A stretch of 64,000 nt of DNA from positions 97,400 to 161,399 of the forward strand of contig JAUJOT010000008.1 of assembly GCA_030447505.1 (NCBI GenBank), written 5' to 3'. Source of the DNA: Solirubrobacteraceae bacterium (GTDB lineage Bacteria > Actinomycetota > Thermoleophilia > Solirubrobacterales > Solirubrobacteraceae). Below are positions 18,094 through 27,465 of this stretch, piece after piece. Both the position numbers and the translations under genes were made by a program. Position 1 is the stretch's first letter, and each line of letters opens with the position of its first letter. The notes under the pieces are model-generated. The model was given only the letters and a program-made list of their open reading frames with translations, was not told where the DNA came from and did not search any database.

Positions 18094-19005
18094 CCCACTC
18101 CTGCTTGTCCTGGCAGCTTCAGCCGGAACTTCGTCCGGCGGGAAGATCGTCGATGTGCCAGTCCCCGTCGCGCCATACGGAACGATCGCTAACTCCTCCG
18201 CCTCAGCTATGACACGTCCCTCGGGCAGATACAACCACTCCATGCCGACGTAAAGTTCCTCCCCGAAGAGCGTTGCGTACAGCGGCTGAAGCAATGAGAA
18301 CTGGAAGGGGCCTTCGCCGTCGGGCGGGGCTGCGCCGGGCGCCATCGACACTCGCGTCCAAGTAATGGGCGACTTCGGCTGTCTAATAAGCGGAAGCAAG
18401 GCACTAACTGTCGTTGCGTCGCGAGCAGACGGTCGAGGCGGAGGCTTCAGGATCCTGCCGAGCCAGGCTTCAACCTCCGTTACATATCCGAGAAATTGTC
18501 TTCTCGCTTCAAGATCTTCGATTAGTTCATCGACGTCGGTTGGCCGATCGAGGGTTGCCGATATAAGCTGATGCTCGTCCGCGGCCTGGGTGATCGCGAC
18601 CACTTGTCCAAGCAGCGCCTGCAACATTATTTGCACCGCGAGGAACTGCTCGAGAGCTCCGCCGCGCCCCAGGGTGTAGCGCCAATCGAGGCGTGTTTCA
18701 ACGGGGTCGGAGCCGCGCATCGAGACAAACAACTCGAGCCCGCCGGCTGAGGCGTGCAGCGTCCCGGCCCAGCCGCGAGCAGGCTTGGTCTCAGTCAGGA
18801 CCATCGCCAACTCAGGCGTGCCAGCGCGAACGATGATGGCTCGCCGAAAGGGAAGCGGTTCCAGCGCCTGCTCGTTCGCAGCGGTATCCGAAGTGGCTCC
18901 GGGATCGGCGGCGAGGTGCCGTTCGACTGGACCGGCCTCTAGGCTCGCTCCGAGGCCTGCGGCGACCGTGGCACGCATTCTCCTCTGGGCATTCTCAACA
19001 AGCGC
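18094..19005 (-). other. protein-like open frame of unknown function, continuous with the HTH ORF
   Basis: Balanced composition and lower GC (e.g. LDWRYTLGRGGALEQFLAVQIMLQALLGQVVAITQAADEHQLISATLDRPTDVDELIEDLEARRQFLGYV). I recognise no motif. Candidate starts are at 18978, 18804 and 18720. Confidence 0.4.
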
Positions 19006-19455
19006 TGGGGCTTGCTCTCGGCCGAGCGCGTCGATCCGCTGCGGCGTTAGACCGCCAATCGGGTAGTCGAATGCTGCGGGTGGCTGGCTCACAGGGCGAT
19101 CATCGCTACCAAGGAAACGACGTTGCAGTCCGGAGTAGGCACAGACCATCGACTTGTGCTCGGTATTCTGCCCCCAGTCGATCAGCACCTTGCCGCCGCG
19201 CAGCGCCTTCGCCATGCGCGAGACCACGCGCTCGGGCCACTGCGCTTCGAGAACCTCCGCGATCGTCCGCGCCGCGGGCTTCGTCTGCGCGTACGTGGCG
19301 GCGCTGTTGAGCGGCACGTACACCTGCAGGCCCTTCGAGCCCGACGTTTTCGCGAGCGCGCGCAGTCCCGCGCCCGCGAGCATCTCGCGCAGGCGCAGCG
19401 CGACCTCGGCGCAGCCCAGCACATCGTGCTGACGGGAACATCGGTTGATCACCAC
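19006..19455 (-). pseudogene. remnant of a LigD-type NHEJ primase-polymerase domain (C-terminal half only)
   Basis: LRALAKTSGSKGLQVYVPL...RGGKVLIDWGQNTEHKSMVCAYS...RPVSQP matches the LigD-Pol C-terminal motifs. The DxD region is degenerate (VVINRCS). Upstream frames (19456-19614) carry stops. Confidence 0.6.
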
Positions 19456-19614
19456 ATCTCGCCGCCGAAGCGATTCCGCGCCTGATCCCCGGCGAGACGC
19501 GGTCTCGCCGCTCAGAAGCTTCGGCTCGCATGATCCCGCGTCCAGGCAAAGTAGTCACCGGTGGCGGTCGAGTCACGAAAGTGATCGCGCACGGCTCGGT
19601 GTGGGCCGTAGCGT

Positions 19615-20305
19615 TTACCTGAGCGTGGCCAACGCCGTGATCGCCGGATCGTCCGACGTCATCGGCGCGCTTAAGACTCGCATAGCACGCGACCGCTGGC
19701 CGTGAACAGGGAGCCATATCTGTTGACGTCCCACGCGTGCCGGCACGACAAGGTTCTCGGCTTGGAGCATCTTAAGCACCGGGGTGACGTATTGCTTCGC
19801 ATCTTCGGCGAGTCCTCGTCGAAGTGCACCGTCCCGGCGACCCGTGCCTCGCTGAAGGTACAGCTTCTTGAGGACGGTCAAGCCTACCCGCGTACCAAGC
19901 GGCAAGCGCATCCGCAGAATGGCTTGTGTTGTGCTAGTGGTTTCAGAGTACGCCTCAAAGTCGCAGTCCACAAATTTCCCCTGCGGAGGATCCGATTCGT
20001 TCGATACGCCCGAGACTGTGCCGAATGTGCATCTGATAAAAGTAGGCGTGCTCGACACAGTCAGAGGTGCGTTGACGTCCAAGCGCTGAACGATGGAGTC
20101 AGCCAAGCGCAGGCCATCGAACGGAGTATCCGAATATCCGAGGTTGAATTCGTCTATCCATACGCCTTCGATAGGGATTTGGCTTCCCGACAACTCGTCC
20201 CCAGCGGCGTCGATCGACCGAACCAAGTCGAACGCTAGTGTGTTCCAGCCCCGCTCAATAGCGCGATCGACCGCAGCCCGTGTCGAAGCGGTTGGGAGTG
20301 CCGCG
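19615..20305 (-). pseudogene. 3' part of the IS-split NACHT/STAND NTPase gene (C-terminal, putative sensor region)
   Basis: The frame is open from the IS boundary (…PTASTRAAVDRAIERGWNTLAFDLVRSIDAAGDE…) to the stop at 19615. It is in frame with 21744-23353 once the IS and one TSD copy are removed. Confidence 0.8.
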
Positions 20306-21743
20306 GTGCCGTCCCAGGCGCTGGGGGAATCGTAGGGCGGGCGTAGCCTCCGCTTTGACCGACAAGTCGAAGCTGATGGAGGTACGCCCGCATGAAGAAG
20401 GTAGTCCCCAGCGAGCGGCTGCGCCGCGAGCTTGATGATGTCCTTGCCGCCATCGGCGAGGAGCAGGATCCGATCGAGGCGGTCGCGCGGCTCGGTGCGC
20501 GGCTGATCCTCCAGCAGGCGCTGGAGGACGAGGTGACCGAGTTCGTCGGCCGCGGGCGCTACGAGCGCCGGCGGCGGCGAGGAGGTGATCTACCGCAATG
20601 GGTTCGCCGAGCCCTCGACGGTGCGCACGACGAGCGGCCCGACGGTGATCGAGCGCCCGCGCGTGCGTGACGCAACCGCCGTTGGGTTCGAGTCGCAGGT
20701 GCTCGGCAAGGGCGTCGCGCGGACGCACGCGTTGGAGGCGTTGGTGATCTGCAGCTTCCTGCGCGGCCTGTCGGTGCGTGACGTCGAGGCCGCGCTAGAG
20801 GAGTGCTTCGGCGAGCAGGTGATCGCCAAGTCGACCGTCGCGCGGGTCTGCAAGGACGTCGCCGACCGCTACGCGGCCTGGTGCCAGCGCGACCTCTCGG
20901 TGCACGATCTCGTCTATTGCTATCTCGACGCGATCTACCTCAAGCTCAGGCCGACCGACGAGCCGGCCGAGGGCGTGCTGGTCGCCTGGGGGATCACGCT
21001 GGAGGGCCAGAAGGTGCTGCTCGGGCTGCAACTCGGATCCAGGGAGAGCTACGAGTCGTGGCTTGACTTCGGGCGCGATCTCAAGGCCCGCGGGATGCGA
21101 GCGCCGGCGTTGATCGTGGCCGACGGCGCAGCCGGGATCTGGAAGGCCACCAGGGAGCTGTTCGAGCACGCGGCCGAGCAGCGCTGCACCGTCCACGCGC
21201 TGCGTGAATCTCACGTCCAAGCTGCCCGAGCGACTGCACCGCGAAGTCAAAGCCCGCTACTGGCAGGTCCTCGACGACGCCGTCTCGGCCGCCGAGGCGA
21301 AGGCCGGACTGCTGGCCCTGGCCGGCGACTACCGCACCGCCTACCCGTCGGCGATGCGCGTCATTGACGACAACATCGACCAGCTCGTGGCGCATCTGCG
21401 CTTCCCACTCGAGCACCGCAAGCGCACCAGGAGCACAAACCTGCTCGAGCGCACGTTCGTGGAGGTCCGCCGGCGGACGAAGATCATCGGCCGCTTCCCG
21501 GGCGAGACCTCGGCACTGTCGCTGATCTGGGCCGTCCTGGAGCTCGCCAGCCGCGGCTGGCGCGGCATCACCATGACCCCCAGGCCGTCGCGCAGATCGA
21601 ACGCGTCCGCCGCGGCCAAAGCCCCCGCACCGACGTTTCCACCGCCCTTGCCGCTCAGGAGGTGATTGCGGCGTGAAGTAAAATTCACTCACACACCGCG
21701 GAAGCTACGCCCACCGCGTTTCCCCACTCCCTGGGACGCCACC
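20306..21743 (+). mobile_element. IS256-family insertion sequence (about 1.44 kb) with a 9-bp target-site duplication
   Basis: Direct repeat AGTGCCGCG at 20297-20305 and 21744-21752. Imperfect terminal inverted repeats of about 40 nt share CGTCCCAGG...GGGCGTAGC(C/T)TC. Confidence 0.85.
20392..21665 (+). pseudogene. IS256-family (Mutator-like) transposase with two +1 frameshifts
   Basis: Three consecutive frames: ...LQQALEDEVTEFVGRGRYER | GGGEEVIYRNGFAEPSTV...EQRCTVHALR | NLTSKLPERLH...STNLLERTFVEVRRRTK. The shifts lie in the CGG/GGC run around 20566-20580 and at CTGCGT-G-AATCTC around 21204. Confidence 0.85.
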
Positions 21744-23353
21744 AGTGCCGCGTCATCAATGCGGTAGGCGAGTACCTCGGCACCGAGCGCGCTTATGGTC
21801 TTTTTCCAACCCCTAGGATCGAAGCCTAGATGATCAGAATGGGGGTCAAGTGCAAAGCGAAGCGGGTCTCCGGCGGCGACTGCATCGGCTAGCGCGGTGT
21901 CAATGAACTTGCGCGTTCCTGTCACGGGGTCACCAACTGCCAATCCAGGCAGTCGCTGCAACAGCACGTAATCATTGACATCTGCTGCTCGGCCGACAAC
22001 ATCGTGGAAGGAGTGCGCGATCTGCTCGAACGTGAGCGGCCCCAAACCGTCTTCCGTACTCCTAGCGTAGGTGGCGAGCCTCTCGAGGATTTCACGGACG
22101 ACTCGGCCGGCGATACCCGCATCCGGCCGCGACTCGCGCTCTGAGATGCCGTCCAACAGATGGCTCCATCCGGCTGCAGGACCTGCTTGGAAGTCGCTCG
22201 TCGGCAGAAGGTGTCGCGCCGAGAGGTAGCCAAGCAGGTACGGCCGGCGGGGGAGCCATGTTGGGATGTCCTTGCGCTGCAAGAAGGCTTGTAGCTGGTC
22301 GTCGGTGAAGTCATTCAGCGACAACTGCGGGGTTCCCGGCCCGTAGCCCAGACCTTCCCGGCGCTCATCGTCGTTATCGAAGTAATATTCGCGACCGGCT
22401 ACGAGAAGGCCCGCGTCTGACGGGCTACTCGCAAAGAATGCCCTGACTAGTTGGACTGCTCTGCGTCGAGCGTCTCGGACGAGGTTGGCGTCCCCAGACC
22501 AGTTGGTTGCCGCCATCTCGTCGAACCCGTCAAGGAGAAGAATTGCGTAACCCGACTTCCACGCTCGTACTAGCTGGTGTGGTGCCGCGAGGCCGATGAG
22601 CGCACCGTGCCTGGCCAAAGCTTCTGACGGATCAGTCTGGCCCACGTGCTCGCCTAAATTCAGGTGCACTGGAAACCTCATGCTCAAGCTTTGCTTGTAC
22701 GAGGCAGCCAGTGCGAAGAAGACCTCTCGCGTGGTCATGCTCTTGCCGGCACCAAAGTCCCCCAGCATCACGAGCCGACCGCCATCCGCGAGTCGGGTTG
22801 ACATGTCCTGCACCGTCCATGTAGCGCCACCCGAGCCAGTCTCTAATATGTCTAGTCCGACGTATGCGCCGAGTTCCTTGTAAGAGCCCGTTTCGTCAAG
22901 AGACCGTGCGCTGCCGAACGGGTGGTCGGATCGAGCTTCAAGGTATGCGCGGGCATCTATGAGACGAGACCGAAATTGGCTAAAGGACACCGGCTGGACT
23001 GCTGCGTTCTTCAGTGCCTTGATCACTTGACGCTGATCGGCAGTCGGCTCGTGCAGAGTGACGAACCACGCCTTGACGGCATGCATGGGGTATCGACGGC
23101 CGTAATCTCGTGCCAAGTCGTCGAGCTTCTTGCCGTCCTTGGCCGCTTTCGCCTTGGTGCGGTCGGTCGTTGCCTCGATGAGTGCTACTTGATCTTCCGT
23201 GATGAAGATGCCATCCCTTTCGCGCCCTCCGACGATCGCGGCGCCGCTGTTCTCCGCCTGAGGCCACATCGCTCGGGCGATCCGGAGAACCTCGGCTTCG
23301 AACTCGGCAGCGTTCATGGAGATGAGCTTATCGGCGTCTACGACATGCCGCAT
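21744..23353 (-). pseudogene. 5' part of the IS-split NACHT/STAND NTPase gene (nuclease-like N-domain plus NACHT)
   Basis: ATG at 23353 (alternative 23317). Walker A LVMLGDFGAGKSMTT and NACHT-type Walker B AILLLDGFDEM are present. The N-terminal roughly 150 aa carry a possible PD-(D/E)xK-like pattern (RERDGIFITEDQVALIEATTDRTK). The annotated stop at 21689 lies inside the IS end. Confidence 0.8.
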
Positions 23354-23752
23354 GGGGCTGCGCGGCCTGAGGCAGCTCCCCAGCGAGCCGGAACCGTCAT
23401 GGCTGACGTTCACGCCACCGTCACGTAAGAGAGTTTCGCTTCTCGACGATAGGGGCGCTCTTCGCATTCGACGCCGAGCTCTCGCAAGTCGATCACGCGG
23501 TCGGCCCCAAGGCCCCGGCCGAGCCGGGACCCTGAGCACGGACGTTAACGGAGATCTCCGACAACGCGTACCAGTTTCGCGGTAGGAGCGACTTGCGGTC
23601 TTGCACCGGCGGTTGCGTGAATACGGTCTGTGGCATCGGCGGCTTGCTCCCTGACGGTTTGGACCTCGGCTCGACCGGCTGGCTGCGCCACCCGCCCGCA
23701 ACCGTGCACCACCCGCGATGGTCAGCGCGGTGGTTCGTCCGGTCGCTCCGTA

Positions 23753-23777
23753 AGGCGGTCCGCTAACGGAACCGCCT
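23753..23777 (-). terminator. hairpin downstream of the SGNH hydrolase gene
   Basis: AGGCGGTCCG-CTAA-CGGAACCGCCT, about 76 nt after the stop at 23853. Confidence 0.4.
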
Positions 23778-23852
23778 ACTGCGACTGGCAGTCTCCGCCA
23801 CTCGGCTGGCGGATCTGGAGGGCAGGGTCGGATCGGGCGGCGATCAACGCCG

Positions 23853-25436
23853 TCACGGGCCGCGCGACAGCAGGCGCGACAGCAGCCCGTAGCGCTCGTC
23901 GAGGAAGGCGAGTAGCTCGAGCACGCTCGTCAGCGAGCGCGGCGGCGCTGAGATCAGCGTGTCGCGGCGCAGCAGCGCGGCGAAGTCGATCTGCGTCGGG
24001 CTGTCCGCCGGCCCGCCGGCGAAGCGCACGCCGGCGAGCTTCATGACGCCGATGAACTCCTCTGCCATCAACCCGTAGGCGATCGTGGTCGGGTGCACGC
24101 CATCGAGCGAAAACAGCCCGCCAGCCGAGCGCCCACGGTCGGGGCCAGAGGCGAGAAAGCGCGAGTCGGGCGGCGGGCGCAGCTGCGCCAGCGCCGGTGG
24201 CAGCTCGTACGGGGTCCACCACTCCGGCCGCGCGGCCGCGTCGTCGATGTAGCGTCGCGCGGCCAGTCGGTCGAGCTGCCCCGACAGGTCGAGCAGGTAC
24301 CAGTCGCGCCCCTCCTCACGCGCGGCGCGGACGGCGTCCTCGAGCGCATCGTTGTAGAGATCGATCGCGCTGTCGATCGCGCGCGCCTGCTCGCCGCTGA
24401 TGTACGGATGGCGGCGCGGATGAAACTGCGCATCGCCGATCCATGGCCGCGTGTAGTAGGGGAAGTAGCGTGGGTCGTCAGCCAGCTTGGGTCCGACGCC
24501 GCGGCTGACCGGCGCGATCGTCACGTGCGGGACGGTGGCGAAGATCACGTGGCGCGCACGGATCGCGCGCACCGTTTCGAGCGCCATGTCAAGCTCCTCG
24601 CGGAAGTGCGCGGGCGTCCAGACCGTGTAGTGGCGCTTGCCTGCCGGGGCGTCATACGAGCTGCGCGCCGACCAGCAGACGCGCAGCTCGGTCACGGCGC
24701 CGAGCGCGTTGTTGGAGCCGAGCGCCACGATCAGCGTCTCGATCCCGTCGCCCTCGCCGGGCGTCTGCACGGTGCCGTCGGCCCCCAGCGCGGCGGCCGT
24801 CTGCAGCGGGCTGAGCTTCTGCTGCCCCTCGGGTCCGGGCGCCAGCACACGCAGCGCGGCGCGCTCGTTGGCGTTCTGGACGAGCTGCTTGAAAAGCGCG
24901 TCGGTCGGCGCCTCGATGTCTTGCCGGCAGGCCTCGGCGCTGCGCGTGTTGGCGTCGTACAGGTCCCAGCCGTAGACGGCGAGGTTGTGGTTGCGCGTCG
25001 CGAAGCGGCCCTCCGGCTGCGCGTCGCGCTCCCAGAAGTCCTCGATCCTGTCCATCAGGTCGCGCACGCGCAGCCCGGCGAGCGGCAGCTCCCAGGGGCT
25101 GACCTTGTCGCCGAAGCGGTCCTCGAGCTCGCGCAGCACGTACTCGAGGTTCAGAGGTAGCCCGCCGAAGCGCTCGTAGCTGGGGTGCCGGAAGCGGTCA
25201 TAGATGCCCAGCTCGCGCGCGATCAGCGCCGGATAGGACAGATGCGTGTTGAAGATCGCGCCGCTCTGGAAACCGTGCGTCAGCGAGTCGCCAACGGCCA
25301 CCAGGCGGTGCATCGGCTCCCCCGCGCGATCGCGATCGACCGCGACGCCGAGCGTCGGGTCGAAGTTCGGCACGCGCGCCGGCCGCCGCGCGGCCACCTC
25401 GTCGGGCGGCTCACTGATGCATTCTGCTGTCGCCAT
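23853..25436 (-). CDS. SGNH/GDSL-family hydrolase (lipase/esterase-like)
   Basis: Block I VAVGDSLTHG, block III LGSNNA and block V DGVHPT are present. The start is uncertain (ATG at 25436 or 25469). Confidence 0.8.
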   Translation of the reverse strand: MATAECISEPPDEVAARRPARVPNFDPTLGVAVDRDRAGEPMHRLVAVGDSLTHGFQSGAIFNTHLSYPALIARELGIYDRFRHPSYERFGGLPLNLEYVLRELEDRFGDKVSPWELPLAGLRVRDLMDRIEDFWERDAQPEGRFATRNHNLAVYGWDLYDANTRSAEACRQDIEAPTDALFKQLVQNANERAALRVLAPGPEGQQKLSPLQTAAALGADGTVQTPGEGDGIETLIVALGSNNALGAVTELRVCWSARSSYDAPAGKRHYTVWTPAHFREELDMALETVRAIRARHVIFATVPHVTIAPVSRGVGPKLADDPRYFPYYTRPWIGDAQFHPRRHPYISGEQARAIDSAIDLYNDALEDAVRAAREEGRDWYLLDLSGQLDRLAARRYIDDAAARPEWWTPYELPPALAQLRPPPDSRFLASGPDRGRSAGGLFSLDGVHPTTIAYGLMAEEFIGVMKLAGVRFAGGPADSPTQIDFAALLRRDTLISAPPRSLTSVLELLAFLDERYGLLSRLLSRGP

Positions 25437-25793
25437 GCTGAGTGTCCTCCTCCGCCTCTCCGGGTTCATCGCGGCGCCCCAAGCGCCCGTCCCTGATCAG
25501 ACAGAGGCGGCGCCGGGCGGCCTGATACGGGCCGCGGCACGCGGGGCCGATTACCCACCCGCCCAGATTCGCGTCCCACCGTTTTCGGCGCTCCGGTATG
25601 GCAGCGCGCGGTTGCGTCTCTCTCGGCCCGTCCCGACGGGCCCGATTGCGCGAGGAGGTTAAACGTAGCCCCGAGCGCTGGCATGGGCAGGGCTGCCCGG
25701 ATAGCGTTCGGTCAATCGGGTCGGCAGGACGCCGCTCGCCTTCATGACCGCCCGATCGGCGCTCACGACGGCCGCGATCGGCAAGGGGGAACA

Positions 25794-27404
25794 ATGTCCA
25801 GAACGACACCATCGATCGTCGCGACGGTAGCCGTCGCGATGCTCCTGGCGGCGAGCCCGATCGCCGTCGCCGACCCCGGCGAGGAGCACGGCCACGACGA
25901 GATCCCGGTGCCGACGCCGACACTGCCGCTGACGCCGCCGGGGTTGTCGAACTTCGCATTGCTCGACGCGGCCGACAAGGACGGCACGATCAACTCCGAC
26001 ATCGCGTTCTACGGCCGCAACGCGTACGTGGGCAACTACGACGGCTTCCGGATCATCAACATCTCGAGGCCGACAGACATGAAGGTCCGCAGCGACATCC
26101 GCTGCCGCGCCAACCAGGGCGACGTGTCGGTCTTCAAGGCCGACGACGGCCGGCGCATCCTGCTGCAGTCGATCGACCGACCGGTCACGGCGCCGGGCTG
26201 CAACGCCGTCGACACGCCGCTCGTCAGCGAGCTGGAAGGGCCCAATGGCCAATCCACGACGGACCCCGCGAACGCCCAGACGCGCAGCCGCGCGCGCTTC
26301 GGCTACGAGGGGCTGCGGATGTTCGACGTGACGAACCCGAGGAAGCCGCGCTTCCTGCGCTTCTTCCGTACCGCATGCGGCTCGCACACGCATACGCTCG
26401 CGCCGGACCCCGCAAACGGGATGGTGCACGCCTATGTCGCGTCGTATCCGTTGGGCGCCGGCATCACGCCGCAGGTCGACCGGGCGCAGTCCGACAGCCT
26501 CGGGCTGACGTGCAAGGCGCCGCACCAGAAGATCTCGATCGTCCACATCCCGCTGAACGACCCGGCGGCGGGAACCGTCGAGCAGAAGCCGCTGAGCTCC
26601 GACACCGAGCCCTATGACCCCGACGGCCAGCCGCGCAGCGACGACGGCACCCAGCAGGGCAACGCGCCGGCGTTCATCGCCTGCCACGACCACCAGGCGT
26701 TCCTGCCGCGCGACATCATGATCGGCTCGTGCGCCGGCGACGCGCAGTACTGGTCAATCAGGGTCCGGGGCAACCCGACGTCGGCCGACGGGGAGCCGCA
26801 CACGCACATCAAGCGCGAGGACGGCACGACCGAGTCGTTCGACTTCATCCACAACGCGGTCGCGACATGGGACGGCAAGGTCGCCGCGATCACCGACGAG
26901 AGCGGCGGTGGCGTCGAGCCGCGCTGCGACGGGCCGAACACGAAGCGCGGCTTCACGTTCTTCTATCCCCTCGTGGAGCCGGGCACGGCGGTCGACGGCT
27001 TCGCCGACCTGAAGGGCCGCTACGTCATCCCCCGCCCGCAGAACACGGAGATCTGCGTATCGCACAACGGCAGCGTCCTGCCGACCAGGGACGGACGCTA
27101 CCTGCAGGTCCAGGCCTTCTACCAGGGCGGCAACTCGTTCTACGATTTCACGAACCCGGCGGCGCCGCGCGAGCTCGGCTTCGCCGACCTCGACGACGAG
27201 CTCGGGGCCGCGGACTCGTGGTCGACGTACTGGTACAACGGCACGGTCTTCGTCAACGGCGGCCTCAACCGCCGCGGCGCGACCGCGAACCGCGGCTTCG
27301 AGGCGTACGCCGTCCTCATCCACCCCAGCCAGGTCTCACGCAAGAGGTGGCGCTGGTCCAATCCGCAGACGCAGGAAGAGTTCCAGGCGCCGATCGACGA
27401 GTAG
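25794..27404 (+). CDS. secreted LVIVD-repeat / beta-propeller protein
   Basis: ATG at 25794 follows AAGGGGGA. Signal peptide IVATVAVAMLLAASPIAVA is present. Recurring units include YDGFRIINISRPTDMKV, GLRMFDVTNPRKPRFL and SFYDFTNPAAPREL. Confidence 0.75.
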   Translation: MSRTTPSIVATVAVAMLLAASPIAVADPGEEHGHDEIPVPTPTLPLTPPGLSNFALLDAADKDGTINSDIAFYGRNAYVGNYDGFRIINISRPTDMKVRSDIRCRANQGDVSVFKADDGRRILLQSIDRPVTAPGCNAVDTPLVSELEGPNGQSTTDPANAQTRSRARFGYEGLRMFDVTNPRKPRFLRFFRTACGSHTHTLAPDPANGMVHAYVASYPLGAGITPQVDRAQSDSLGLTCKAPHQKISIVHIPLNDPAAGTVEQKPLSSDTEPYDPDGQPRSDDGTQQGNAPAFIACHDHQAFLPRDIMIGSCAGDAQYWSIRVRGNPTSADGEPHTHIKREDGTTESFDFIHNAVATWDGKVAAITDESGGGVEPRCDGPNTKRGFTFFYPLVEPGTAVDGFADLKGRYVIPRPQNTEICVSHNGSVLPTRDGRYLQVQAFYQGGNSFYDFTNPAAPRELGFADLDDELGAADSWSTYWYNGTVFVNGGLNRRGATANRGFEAYAVLIHPSQVSRKRWRWSNPQTQEEFQAPIDE

Positions 27405-27425
27405 CGAGGCGCTCAAGCGCGACGG

Positions 27426-27453
27426 CGAGGGGGTGGCTCACGCCGCCCCCTCG
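27426..27453 (+). terminator. hairpin downstream of the propeller gene
   Basis: CGAGGGGG-(12 nt)-CCCCCTCG, 22 nt after the stop. Confidence 0.5.
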
Positions 27454-27465
27454 ACTGCGCGCGTC

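Noticed and set aside
23354-23852. Searched for the missing N-terminal half of LigD-Pol, an integrase, or att-type repeats at the right edge of the island.
   Set aside because: None of the six frames shows LigD-like or recombinase motifs. The only structure is a hairpin at 23753-23777. No repeat matches the left edge.
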